A stretch of DNA of 64,000 nt from Antedon mediterranea (lineage: Eukaryota; Animalia; Echinodermata), in the NCBI RefSeq assembly GCF_964355755.1, contig NC_092673.1, positions 22,379,648-22,443,647 on the forward strand, read 5' to 3'. The notes beneath the pieces were generated by a model that searched no databases, had not been told where the DNA came from, and worked only from the letters and a program-made list of their open reading frames with translations. The translations under genes were made by a program, and so were the position numbers. Positions 40,801 through 51,929 of this stretch are shown here, piece by piece; positions within the stretch are counted from its first letter, which is position 1; every line of letters begins with the position of its first letter.

Positions 40801-42653
40801 ACCCATGGTGAAGATAATTTGGAATTTTTTCTTCTCAATATTAATTCAGCCCACCCAACTATCAAATTTACAGCTACCAAATCCACTAGTAGCGTTGATT
40901 AGTTTACGTAAACACACGGATAAAAATATGTACCTGCTCCCTAGCAGTTGTCATCCCCAATACTGTACTAAAAACATACCGAACAGTAAAGCATTACGTA
41001 TCAGACATCTGTTCTTCAGATTTAGATTTTCAGAATCGTACCGAAGAACTAACCGGACATCATTCTCCGGAATAGAAATTACAAGAAGGAATACATCGAA
41101 ACTGCTATAAAGAAAGCAAAAGATATTCCTCGATGTCAAACACTGACGTACAAACTACGTAATCCAAGTTCGACCAAAGTGCCATTGGTCACAACCTATC
41201 GCGCTAAGTTGCCTCCATTACGGGCTATTTATTTATTTGGAAACATAATGCCCATTCTACAGTCCACAGAACGTCTCAGAACTGTTTCCGGAACCACCCA
41301 TTATTGCATTTCGTAGACCTCCCAACCTTCGTGATGTATTAGTCAGATCCAAATTTAATTGAAATCTCATATTCTAATGAAACAGTTCATTGATATTAAG
41401 TTAGTTTACACTATCAAACTAGTTTGACCAAAAAAAAAGTCATATTTGAGGCAAATCTTGCAAAACTTGTTCATTGGTTGATTCTAATGAAAAATTTAAG
41501 AGTAACCAAACTGGCCGCATTTTTCGGATAAGACAATCAATTAATTGTTTAACCAAAAACGTCATTTATCTCATATACTGTAATATTTGTGGAAAACAGT
41601 ACGTCGGAGAAACAAAAAAAAAAAAAAAAATTACTCTAATCTGTACTTGTTATATATATTTGGCTTATATAAGTTTTAAGTGAAACTCTTTAACTATTTT
41701 TCCCTTTAGAATGGTAATGGTCATTTTATCGTCATTGATGTGATATATTTTCAATTGTTTTGTGTTAGTTCGATTAAAGTTAAACTTTATTCAATTAGGC
41801 CTAAACATGTTGTTTTAGGTGTTTTTTTTTGCTGCTGGTGGTATCTACAATATCTAAGCTACGCCATATACTTAAATGGTAAATGGGGTCTCTAGTCGAA
41901 CTTTAGAGGGGTCTGCCAGGGCCAAGGCAGTGTACTAGTCTGTAATAGGTCATTTGGTATTGCTTACAATGTGCTAAATCATATTCATTGGTTGCTGGTG
42001 GTATCTACAATATCTAAGCTGGGATAGTTGGGGAAAGGGGGTCTCTAGTCTAACTTTAGAGGGGTCTGCCAGGGCCAAGGCAGTGTACAGATAGTCTGTA
42101 ATAGGTCATTTGGTATTGCTTACAATGTGCTAAATCATATAACATTGGTTGCTGGTGGTATCTACAATATCTAAGCTGGGCTATTTGGAGGAAGTGGGGT
42201 CTCTGGTGTAACTTTAGGGTGTCACTTGCGATGCAGCAGACAATTAGTCTGTTGTTATCCATTTAGTATTGTATGAACACAACTTGTTCATTTGGCATTA
42301 ATTTTGAGTGGTACCTCACTCATCTATGCTAACCCCATTTTAGGCCCTCCCTGGGGGGAGTGGGTCTGGCGGGCCTTTTGCAGCAGAGAAAAAGTCTGTC
42401 GTTTGTGATACTGGTATAAGGATGCCAATGGGCATCCCATGGTGGTAAAATTAGGTGGTATCTCTCTCATCTAACCGGGGTCGATTTTTTAGCACGTTTC
42501 GGGGTCCCCCTGGTCTAGACGCAGCAGGGGGTACCCGGCAGACTCTCATTTTCATTGCCTTAAAGTGACCCCCAACACACTTAAATAGTCAGATATTGGT
42601 ACCTAGCTCATCTAACCAAATGTCTCTGGGCTGCCGGTCTATAACTATCTTTG
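37899..42653. mobile_element. Long-TIR fold-back DNA transposon (P/Galileo-like) enclosing a Penelope-like ORF
   Basis: Termini CAAAGATAGT...ACTATCTTTG. Direct repeat ACCTAAC at 37892-37898 and 42654-42660. Inverted arms ~37899-38786 and ~41627-42653. Confidence 0.85.
39501..41615 (+). pseudogene. Penelope-like (Neptune-type) reverse transcriptase plus truncated GIY-YIG endonuclease
   Basis: Motifs LSRGLKFCP, IIIKPADKGSAIV, FYFLPKIHK, LDVSSLYTNIPHEEG, GTAMGTKMAPSFANLFM, RYIDDIFMIW, YLLPSSCHP, AFRRPPNLRDVLV, CKTC and NVIYLIYCNICGKQYVGET. Multiple stops, frameshifts and insertions. The N-terminal part probably extends to ~38990 or further. Confidence 0.9.
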
Positions 42654-43219
42654 ACCTAACACTCAAAGACTCCCTCTAGAGTGCATTATTAGTACTCGAA
42701 CCGATTTAATATACTTTAATTATTGTATTGGTGGTGTCGGTACTGTAATTGTTCCAATCGAGATTGTTTTAATAGTTTACAAATACACAAAACTCACACA
42801 TAATTGTAGTTCTTCGATATATAATATATTGATCTAGTCCTGATTATATTTAATAAAGTAACTCAATAATAGAGGGTGCCATACTAAAATGGTCACGAAT
42901 AATTATACAAATGAATTTAACGAGGCGGAGCCGGTGTAAGATTGAAATGTGTCCGGCATTTAAAAGTATACGAGCGGACACTTTTGAATAGTGTCCAGTT
43001 GCATTTTTCAACGGGTTTGCGGGCGGTTTTCAACAATTGAATGCTGCCCGGCCCGTTTAATAATGTCTGACCACGTATTGACATGTGTCAACCATCAATC
43101 ACACAAACATGTATCTTAATGAGAAAAAGTAACATTTATTTGAAAAAAAACCCATTTACATGACATTCAAATTAGCCGGGTTGTAATTAAAAAGTGTTAT
43201 CGGGTAATAAGACCGGGTA

Positions 43220-43615
43220 AGGCCAATTTACACTAGGACGATAACGATCGACGATAAATAGATAAGCATGCATTTTTCTTATATAAAACAAAATAATTTA
43301 GAAAGTTTTTTGTTCTAGAATTATAGAATACTCATTTATTCTGTCTTAAAACTAATAGTTTTTAAAAAATCCAATCAAATTACGTCATGATCAATAAACA
43401 AAAAATATCGTTGTATTGTCACGATATTATTACTCTTACTAATCATGACGTCATTTGATTGGACGTCTGAAAATATCATTTTCATCAAAGGAAGCATAGA
43501 TGGTTTCTAAATAGTCCTAGAATAAATACTTTTTAGATTTCTTTTGTTTTATGTATGAGCAATGCATATTTGTTTATTTATCGTCGATTGTTATCGTCCT
43601 AGTGTAAATGGGCCT
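43220..43615. mobile_element. Harbinger-like MITE (~395 bp, near-palindromic)
   Basis: TIR AGGCC(A/C)ATTTACACTAGGACGATAAC.ATCGACGATAAA at both ends. Confidence 0.8.
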
Positions 43616-44039
43616 TAATACGTGGTAGGCCCACGCTTAGCCCTACTATACTTATGTACGGTAATAAATCTAATAACTATACAATATTGTAATGTATTTA
43701 TGACGCTGGTCTTTACCAATCTTTTAATACAAAAATTAAATAACAAAATTTATCGATTACAGTATTTGATGTACATACATGATATAACGTTTTTGATAAT
43801 TTTCAAGATCAGAGAGTTCTTTACGAACAACCTTTTCTAATCGCTGTAACTCATTATCAAACTTTCCTTCGTTGTACATTGGTTCTACATCCTTCCACTT
43901 GTTTCGAAATGCGCTGGTACGTAACCACCTGATGTAATAAAATAAGCACACATTAAATATCTTAATACAACTCTTTTAAAATCAGTGAGCATTCCAGAAT
44001 TTATATTGAGATGTATAAGAGTATAATATTTAACGATTT

Positions 44040-44665
44040 TTATAACCAGTGGAAATACAAGATGTTCAACAGCAGTTTGACAATGACCTCCATGTTGTAT
44101 GACGTTCGGACCGTCTGGGCTGGATTGTCAACAGACCTGGTGATTGAAAAGGTTTCTATGAGAAGCCTCGAGGTATGACAAGAGGTAGAGGAATGAGTAC
44201 ATCCAGACCAAATCTGCGCTGAAATGAATGTAATGCCTTGAAATAGTTCAGGGTGTTACTCCAGCAGTGACCAAGACCAAATTATGGCCACCAGTCAGGG
44301 ACACAATGACAATTGAAGAATCCATATGGTTACGACAGAAAATCAATGTATTCAAGATCCTGGCAATAAAGTCATATGTACATACAGGCAAATATGAGTG
44401 TGCATCGATCCTACAGTTCTGCTGATGCAGATGTTCTTTCGAATAGTACAAAAAACATCTGCCATATTATCCGATGACGCAGATCTACTAGTGCTCGACT
44501 CCTCTGCAGTTAAACATTTAAAACATCTTGTGATATGGAACTGAGATGCTGGACTATCAAACTGGTTCAAACAATACTTTTGAGAGACATCTGTGATAAC
44601 CTTCTGTTTGCTCATGCGATACTGATGACACAACATCCAGAATTTTCGGCATTGCACTTGTTTCT
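44040..44665 (+). pseudogene. Highly degenerate Academ-type transposase fragment
   Basis: Frameshifted motifs LHVV*RSDR/WAGLSTDLVIEKV/MRSL..GMTRGRGM and CDNLLFAHAIL/DTTSRIFGI. Confidence 0.6.
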
Positions 44666-46167
44666 GACATGCTGTAGGCCTAGTCTTATAAGGGGACAAT
44701 ATTTTTCCCATCACAAAAACAAAAGAAAAAGAATACAAATTTCGCTGGCTTCACAGTTTTCATTAGTGAAAAGTTGGCTGCTAAATTTTGAATTCTTCTA
44801 AATTCTTTAAGTTCTGATAAATTATTTTCATTTTGTTTTCGGCCGCAAAAGTCCCTAATAAGGGGACAATTTGTCCCCTTTTGTCCCCTTAATACGGGCT
44901 CTACACAATTGATAATTGGATTACCTTGACCTCCTCTACAATTTCCTAAAAAGAAATTAGGGTTAGCAGATTGGATTGTTCTTTCATTGTTAACGCCAAT
45001 ACAGATAATTTTTATCCAGGTCTATATCTTATACATAAAAGGCAAACACAAAAAGTTTGTCCGCTATTACGCCGCCGCCGTGCGATATCCGATCCGTCCA
45101 GGTTTTACACCCAACGTCCATTTTGCTACGGAGATGGTCATTGTCTTTATACAGTTTGTAAACCAAATATTGACTGAATTATGAGTTATTCTGTGTATCA
45201 ATGAATTTAAAACAAAGAAAATGAGATTTCAATTGCAACCCTTGCATATTATTTTACATGCGTTTGACAAGTTTTCTCAGTTGAATTCTGTTAATCGGGG
45301 TCCCACCCGTCGAAACTGGTGCTTATTGTTGCTAGTTGCCTAGTTTCCATGGTAGGAAGAATAATAGCTTTATATAGGCCTAAACGAAGAAAACCGTTCA
45401 TATTATATACCATGTTTTTATTCACATTCACATTGATATGTTTTACTTTCTAAAGTTAATAATTAATTGTTTAGATAATGACTGGTTCATCTCAAATAAA
45501 CTCCTTATAAACTCCATCAAAACCAATTACATTCTTGTTAATACCCAACGTCAATCGTTATCTATCAAATTGCCATATATATATATTATATGAAGAAAAC
45601 GTAAAACAAACATCAGAGACCATGTTCCTATGTGTTTTAAATCCAGGAAATTTTTAGATCGACCAGTCATCGGAATCACATGATGATCTCCGATGATGAA
45701 CGTATTTGCATTGCGCTCTGCCGTCAAGAGACATGGCACCTTTGATATCAAAACGGATACGACTGCCACAATGTTAGACCTCGTCCGGTCAAAGTTCAAT
45801 GACCTTTTATGCATTTTAATGTTGACACTTCCAGTGTATTAAATAAACAAATGAAAATTTAATATTAGTAGTAAATACTTTATTATTTAGCCAAATTCTT
45901 ATCAAGATAGTTAAAATCTAGTACAATATCTTTAAAAGGACACAGCAGGTCCCACAACTTAAAATATAGTATTGTTCATTAAATCTGACATGTAGTCTAC
46001 ATTTTAAACATTACTTAAGAGAAACCAAAATGAAATGCAATGACTTTATATCATCATGCACTACAAAACAGGGGCATGTCAAAATAAGTACCAATCCCAT
46101 CAATAGACTGAAAATGCATTGAAGATTAGCAATTATTACTATTAATTACATTACATTAGTACATTAA

Positions 46168-46509
46168 AGATGTATTGTCCCCCAAAAACATGAAAAAAAT
46201 GAAGATAAATTAAATCAGACTTTGAATAGGTTATTTTGTAGAAGTTAATTCCTATCATAAAACAAAACAAAAACGGAAAAAAATATTTTCTCATATAAAA
46301 TGACAAAATAAATGGTCAAATTCAACCAAAAAAACCCATTGGCTGGCAGACAATTTGACTATTTTTTGCTTTAAATTACAGTTTTTTTTCTGGTAAATGA
46401 CAATTTTTTTATTCTATTGTTGTTCAATGTGGATAACTATTATGTGACAATAAAATGGCATATTCAACAAAAAAAGTTTTAATTATTTTTTAAAGGGGAC
46501 AATACATCT
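46168..46509. mobile_element. Kolobok-like TTAA MITE (complete copy)
   Basis: Perfect TIR AGATGTATTGTCCCC, with TTAA at 46164-46167 and 46510-46513. Confidence 0.85.
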
Positions 46510-47349
46510 TTAACCGTAAATATAATTAAAAGATCCATGATTTAAAATAAATTTCAGGCTGACATTTGTATTACTTTATGTAGTAATTTACATATCATAT
46601 AAATGTAATTTAACAATATCAAAACCAGTTATTGTATATTTCATGATTACCATTATGCAATATTTAAGTTATTAATGTAATTTACCAAATAATGATTGAT
46701 AATAATAGAGTTAAAAAGACAAAAAGTAACTGGCGTTTATATAGTTTGAACTTCCATGTTTGTATACATGTTGACGGCAGACGTTCTGCCAAACCAATTG
46801 CTCACAAACACTCAAAGCGTCCGAATTGGTTGTTTAAAATAAACTGCAATATTAACAGTAGAACCATTTCCATTGTTAAAAAAAGAATATTCATAATCTT
46901 TGTATAAACAGATAATGTAATAATAATGTACTTTGTATGGTATCAAAATACTGTAAATAAAATCAAATTCACAATAGATACAGTACTGTATTTTCAATAT
47001 ACAGTCCACTCTTCTACTCTGGGTTTTGGGAGAGTCCGGTGTTGGGATAGTTTACTGTACTGTACTTAAGCAGCTAACTGGATGGCAACACCTATAAATT
47101 GGTAGAAATAAACTTAATCTACAAGTACATTCTTAAATAGACTTATGGTTAATTCATAATATATTGTCTGTTTTTACCATAGTAATGAACTTCCTAATTT
47201 CATTTTAACACTTGAAAGAATAAGAGTTTATTGCACTAAAAGGATGGAATGTACTAAACGTTGATGCTAAAAATGGACGGCAGTTAATCGGATTCAAAAT
47301 TTAAAAAACACTAGAGCATGTTTTATCTGCAGTGACATCTATAGTTTAA

Positions 47350-47539
47350 AGCTCTGTCTACACTATCAAATTTATGTGACAAAAAATGTGATATTTTCAT
47401 ATATTGACATGATGATGTCATATCACTACCATATTTGGGTATATCACTACCATATTTGGGTATATCACTACCATATTTGGGTATATCACTACCATATTTG
47501 AGCACATCACACATAAAGTTTGATAGTGTAGACAGAGCT
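47350..47539. mobile_element. AGCTCTGTCTACAC-family MITE with an expanded 21-bp internal repeat (4 copies)
   Basis: TIR AGCTCTGTCTACACTATCAAA and (ATATCACTACCATATTTGGGT)x4. Confidence 0.85.
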
Positions 47540-49412
47540 GTACAGTTTAAAATTAAATGATATGTATTTCAGTGTTCACAAACAGTGTTACAATTTTCCA
47601 TGTATTTAGGACGGAATGTAAAAATGACACTGCAAATGGACGGTAGTGAAAAAGGCAAAGACGAGAATTCTTTTACATATATAGAAAATCATATCAAGTA
47701 TTAAAAATGACATGAGTAACAATAACTCACATTATTGTGTGTGCAGTGAAAGATCTGGATCATTCCTCATAACTCGATAGAAATATGGAAATAAAGTTAC
47801 CATTTATTTATTTCACTATTATGTAAAATATGACCTACTGATTGAGCTTCAAATATGACTAACAAAACAATAGTTTCTGAAGATAAATTTACAAATATTT
47901 TCTAAATTCATTTAACTTAAGTATTATTAGTTCCGAAATATAACTGTACAAAATGCTTAAGTATTACACACCCAATCACTGCAACTTTAATTATTAGCAA
48001 ATACAAATAATATATTGATGCAGTAAAAATAATATTGTAACAATCAATACTCACATCATTCGATATCTACACAATTAAATTCTTCAAAGCTAAATTTAAA
48101 ATAGTCACAGTATTTTACAAATATCAAAGTACTTGCACAGCAATCTATTGTATAATAAATATATTACAAGAATGTAAATTAATTCCATTTTTAACATAAC
48201 AAGTTGAAATTTACAAACACACTTTTAAGTATACAAATGGATCAAATAATTTTATAGAATCAGAATGCTATCTGTAGTAATCATAATTAGTTTTTAGAAA
48301 ACACTTACGAATCATTTAACCTTTTACTAAACGGACCTGAATTATTTTAATATCGTTATCTTATATTCATTTGATCTAATTTTACTATTATGTACAATAT
48401 TAACAGTGACTACGTTAGTCATTTTAATCTCTTAAATAACATAAGCACACCAACATTGTTAAGGTTAAATAATTGTGGGATTACAAATTGAACACAGCAT
48501 TTGAGAAATATGTAAGAATTAATATCATAAGTATCTTTGAAATAAATATTTACTATAGAAATGAGTAAAAATGGATGGAATCATAAATGATTATTATTAA
48601 ATCATTTATATGTGGATGGAATATAATAATTAAATACACAAACTACTTCTTTTACTTTTAGTTACATTATTAAACAATCATTTTTTGAGTACATGGATGG
48701 AATAGAATTTATTTCATTACTGACATAATAATATTAAGTTCACATGGATGGATGGAATAAATGGATAAAACTATTAGTAACCTTATCACTGTTTTTTTAA
48801 CGAGAACAATAATTCTAAAAACTCTAAATTAAACCTGCAAAATATAATATTTACACGGATTCCATTTACCTATAGGAACTTAAGCCTCTTCATTTAAATG
48901 AGAAAAAATGTTTAATTACTTGCAAAACGGAACAATTTAAATTAAATCATAATCTAAGTTTTATAATCTATGAAATATGGCTGGTATATATTAAATCAAG
49001 GTATATTTATAATTGGAATGTAGTTAATAGCTGCATCTAACAAGAATAAGACAACAATTACAGTACTACTATGGATGTTAAATGAATTAAAAATAATCTA
49101 CTACTGTATATTTTTTTCTCAATAAAAACTACCTAAATTTAATTTTATTTCTATCTTTGTTTAAAACCAAGCCTGTTGCCAGGTTATCAAAGTCATTTTC
49201 AAATCAGGCCAATTCTATCTAGTACGCAAATTTCATCTACTAGTCTAGATCTAAAACAACCTCTTTTGTACTCCTGCACCTATTGGTCCCCTAATACATA
49301 GTTTTGGTTTCTGTAAAGAATAAAAACGAACACCCTGTAAAATTCCTAGCTACAGACTTGTAATTTGTAACTATTTATACTAGCTTCCATTTTCTCCTAA
49401 AAATGTGTGAAA

Positions 49413-49591
49413 AGCGTGGTTCCCACTAGCGACGCAACGCAAGGACGTAACGCAACGCAAGTGAATTAACCAATCACAAACGATGGCTTATTCGCTTGTG
49501 ATTGCTAACTATCTATAACTTCGCTGGCCATTGGTTAAAACGCTTGCGTTGCGTTTACATCCTTGCGTTACGTTCTAGTGGGAACCAAGCT
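49413..49591. mobile_element. Harbinger-like MITE in the probable whirlin 3' UTR
   Basis: TIR AGC(G/T)TGGTTCCCACTAG with inverted ACGCAACGCAAG repeats, about 50 bp past the stop codon. Confidence 0.8.
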
Positions 49592-49643
49592 TTAGTAATC
49601 AGTTTTCTGCTTGTCTTTTGACAAATTAAAATAATTGAAATGA

Positions 49644-49835
49644 TCAGTACATGATCTTATAAGCATTTGAATCAAGTACAAGAAGATCAACAGAGTTACG
49701 AGACTTGTTCTTGAATGCTTCAGCAATGAGGCGTGTCGCTGCTTTATGATCTAGGCCAAATAACGTTTTGTTGTTCACTTTCAATATCACATGACCTACC
49801 CTCAAGGTGCTACTCTGACCAGCTGCTCCATCACT
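49644..49835 (-). CDS. WHRN: Whirlin terminal exon (second half of PDZ3)
   Basis: ttttcag|SDGAAGQSSTLRVGHVILKVNNKTLFGLDHKAATRLIAEAFK...YKIMY*. Confidence 0.9.
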   Translation of the reverse strand, partial: SDGAAGQSSTLRVGHVILKVNNKTLFGLDHKAATRLIAEAFKNKSRNSVDLLVLDSNAYKIMY

Positions 49836-50239
49836 CTGAAAATGTACAATAAAGGAATATAAATATATCATATCAATAAAAGTATATATATTACTGAGAC
49901 AAGTTTACTTACTTCATTTTATGCTCATATTATTTGTATGGCATTTGATGAAATAAATGTTTTTTGAATTGAAAATAGATTAGTAACCAAAGACCAACAG
50001 AAAAGAAAATTTAAAATAGTAAGTATTGGTATCTCTGTCCTGCAAACTTTAAAAAGAAGTAAGCAAAACACAATGGATCAAGAAATGTATTATCAACTGC
50101 AAAATTGTTTTTATCAATTTAACTATGCGATCTAGTTTTCTCATAGGACAATTAGACATAAATTGTAAATAAACTGTTTATTAAAATGTCATCCTAGGTT
50201 GTTAAAATATGATACAAGCTAGACATAGCAATCACCAAC

Positions 50240-50410
50240 CTGCACTGTAATGACTTTTGGTAATGGTTGTCTGGTGCCAGCACCGCCCTCTACAGCGATC
50301 CCCAGTGTTGGTTTCACTTTACGTATGTGTACCTCTTCTGAATACTTCGTTACAGCTTCACGGTCACTGATGCTGATTAATACTTCAACCTGTAGAGGAG
50401 GTTCATCCAT
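50240..50410 (-). CDS. WHRN: Whirlin exon (first half of PDZ3)
   Basis: VHIRKVKPTLGIAVEGGAGTRQPLPKVITVQ|gttggt. An alternative in-frame acceptor 21 nt downstream is possible. Confidence 0.88.
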
Positions 50411-50882
50411 CTGCCATTATAAACACAAAGTAATTATTGTTGATAAATGTGTTCAAAATTATAACAATAAAAAACACATACAATCATAAAAACAATGTTT
50501 ATATATACTACATATATGTCTATTTGAAATAAATATGTTCCAAATATCAATAACCTCTCAAGAACAACATCTATAGAACCAAACTTAAATAAAAATGCCA
50601 GAAAATGGAATATATAACATAATAATTTTGATCTCATACACACAATTGCGAACCTTACAAAATCTTGAGAGAAGTATTGTGTAGTTTGGGGTACTATCAT
50701 GTACAGTGGTTGGTCAGTTTAACACCAGTGCAAGTACACATGCACAGTAACAACTTGGAACAAAAAAAAACAAGCCCCTTGCTGGTGTGTTTTTCTCATC
50801 CCTGTGATATCTTGGAAAATTCTACATAAAAGTTTACATATAATGTGGTTACAAATTGTTTGCAGGTGTGAAAAGGGTTTAC

Positions 50883-51284
50883 CTTTGATGCTACAGCAGG
50901 ATTTCTTTTCATACTTCCTGTGCTTGATTTACTACTACTAGCACTTGGACTACGACTCCTCAGTGACGAGTTCCGCGAGTTCGCTTCCATCTCCGAGCTT
51001 GACGATGCCTTTCCATTCCTCTGCCGTGATTTATTAACAGTTGCGTATATTGGTGTTCCTTTACTGGATTGTGGAATCGGACTCAGCATCATTGAACCGT
51101 TCATTGCCGAGGTTGCCGAGGGCGTGCTTTTGACTGGTGTGATGTGAGGTCCTTGCGGTATTTGTTCATAGATACTTGAATAGTTGGTTGACTGTGGTGA
51201 CGTGTCTGTCTTTTTAAGTTCATACAACTGTTGACTAGCTTTTTTGGTTCGATTTATGCTACGTTTTTGGTCTCGAGGTACATG
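50883..51284 (-). CDS. WHRN: Whirlin exon (Ser/Pro-rich linker)
   Basis: ttttag|CAT...AAG|gtaaac, 402 nt open, phase 0/0. Confidence 0.8.
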
Positions 51285-51567
51285 CTAAAATAGAAAAATC
51301 ACAATATATAAATTAGATTGTTTCTAAAAGTTTACAAATCAGCAGACATTTCAATAAAAAAAATGTGTTATACAAATACTGAATGATGTTTGAGAGTTGA
51401 ATGGGATGAATATTTTCATGGGTTAAAAGATTGATTGTTCTATCTTACACAGAATGGTCAGTTCAAGGCTGAAGAGTTAAAGTTTTATATATTTCTGTTT
51501 ACTTCATCAAAGACTAACATTCAACTGATTTCAAAGTTGCAATAAAAGTATTCTTATCTTATCTTAC

Positions 51568-51645
51568 ATGTGTCGGATCGCTGATTCGTCTTGGAACTCC
51601 TGTCTCGTTTGGTGATAAACTTGACCTGCTAGGTAGGTCATGTAA
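51568..51645 (-). CDS. WHRN: Whirlin exon (linker, 26 aa)
   Basis: aaacag|LHDLPSRSSLSPNETGVPRRISDPTH|gtaaga, phase 0/0. Confidence 0.7.
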
Positions 51646-51929
51646 CTGTTTAAATAGAAGAAAATATGTATAAACAATATGGTAATTATAATTTGAAACA
51701 AAAGATGTTGTATATTAATACACTAGGGAACTATATTCATTTCATCTTTATTTCGGAATATCATGATGACATAATATATCCATAGCAAAAGAGAGAAAAA
51801 AAAAATCTTAATCTAAGAGCTTATAGAACAAGGACAAAAATATATAAATTTATATTTAAATAATATATTAAAGTTACCCAAACTAATTAACATGTAATAG
51901 ATTATTATTTTTTTATCTTCAACAATAAC

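Noticed and set aside
44680-44903. TAAGGGGACAA repeats and a TAGAGCCCGTATTAAGG end resembling a hAT-type terminus
   Set aside because: Only one end is visible and there is no TSD, so it cannot be delimited.
47323-47514. Regular 21-bp repeats (CRISPR-like look) and the KYGSDIP ORF
   Set aside because: Head-to-tail repeats without spacers inside a eukaryotic MITE; not CRISPR and not coding.
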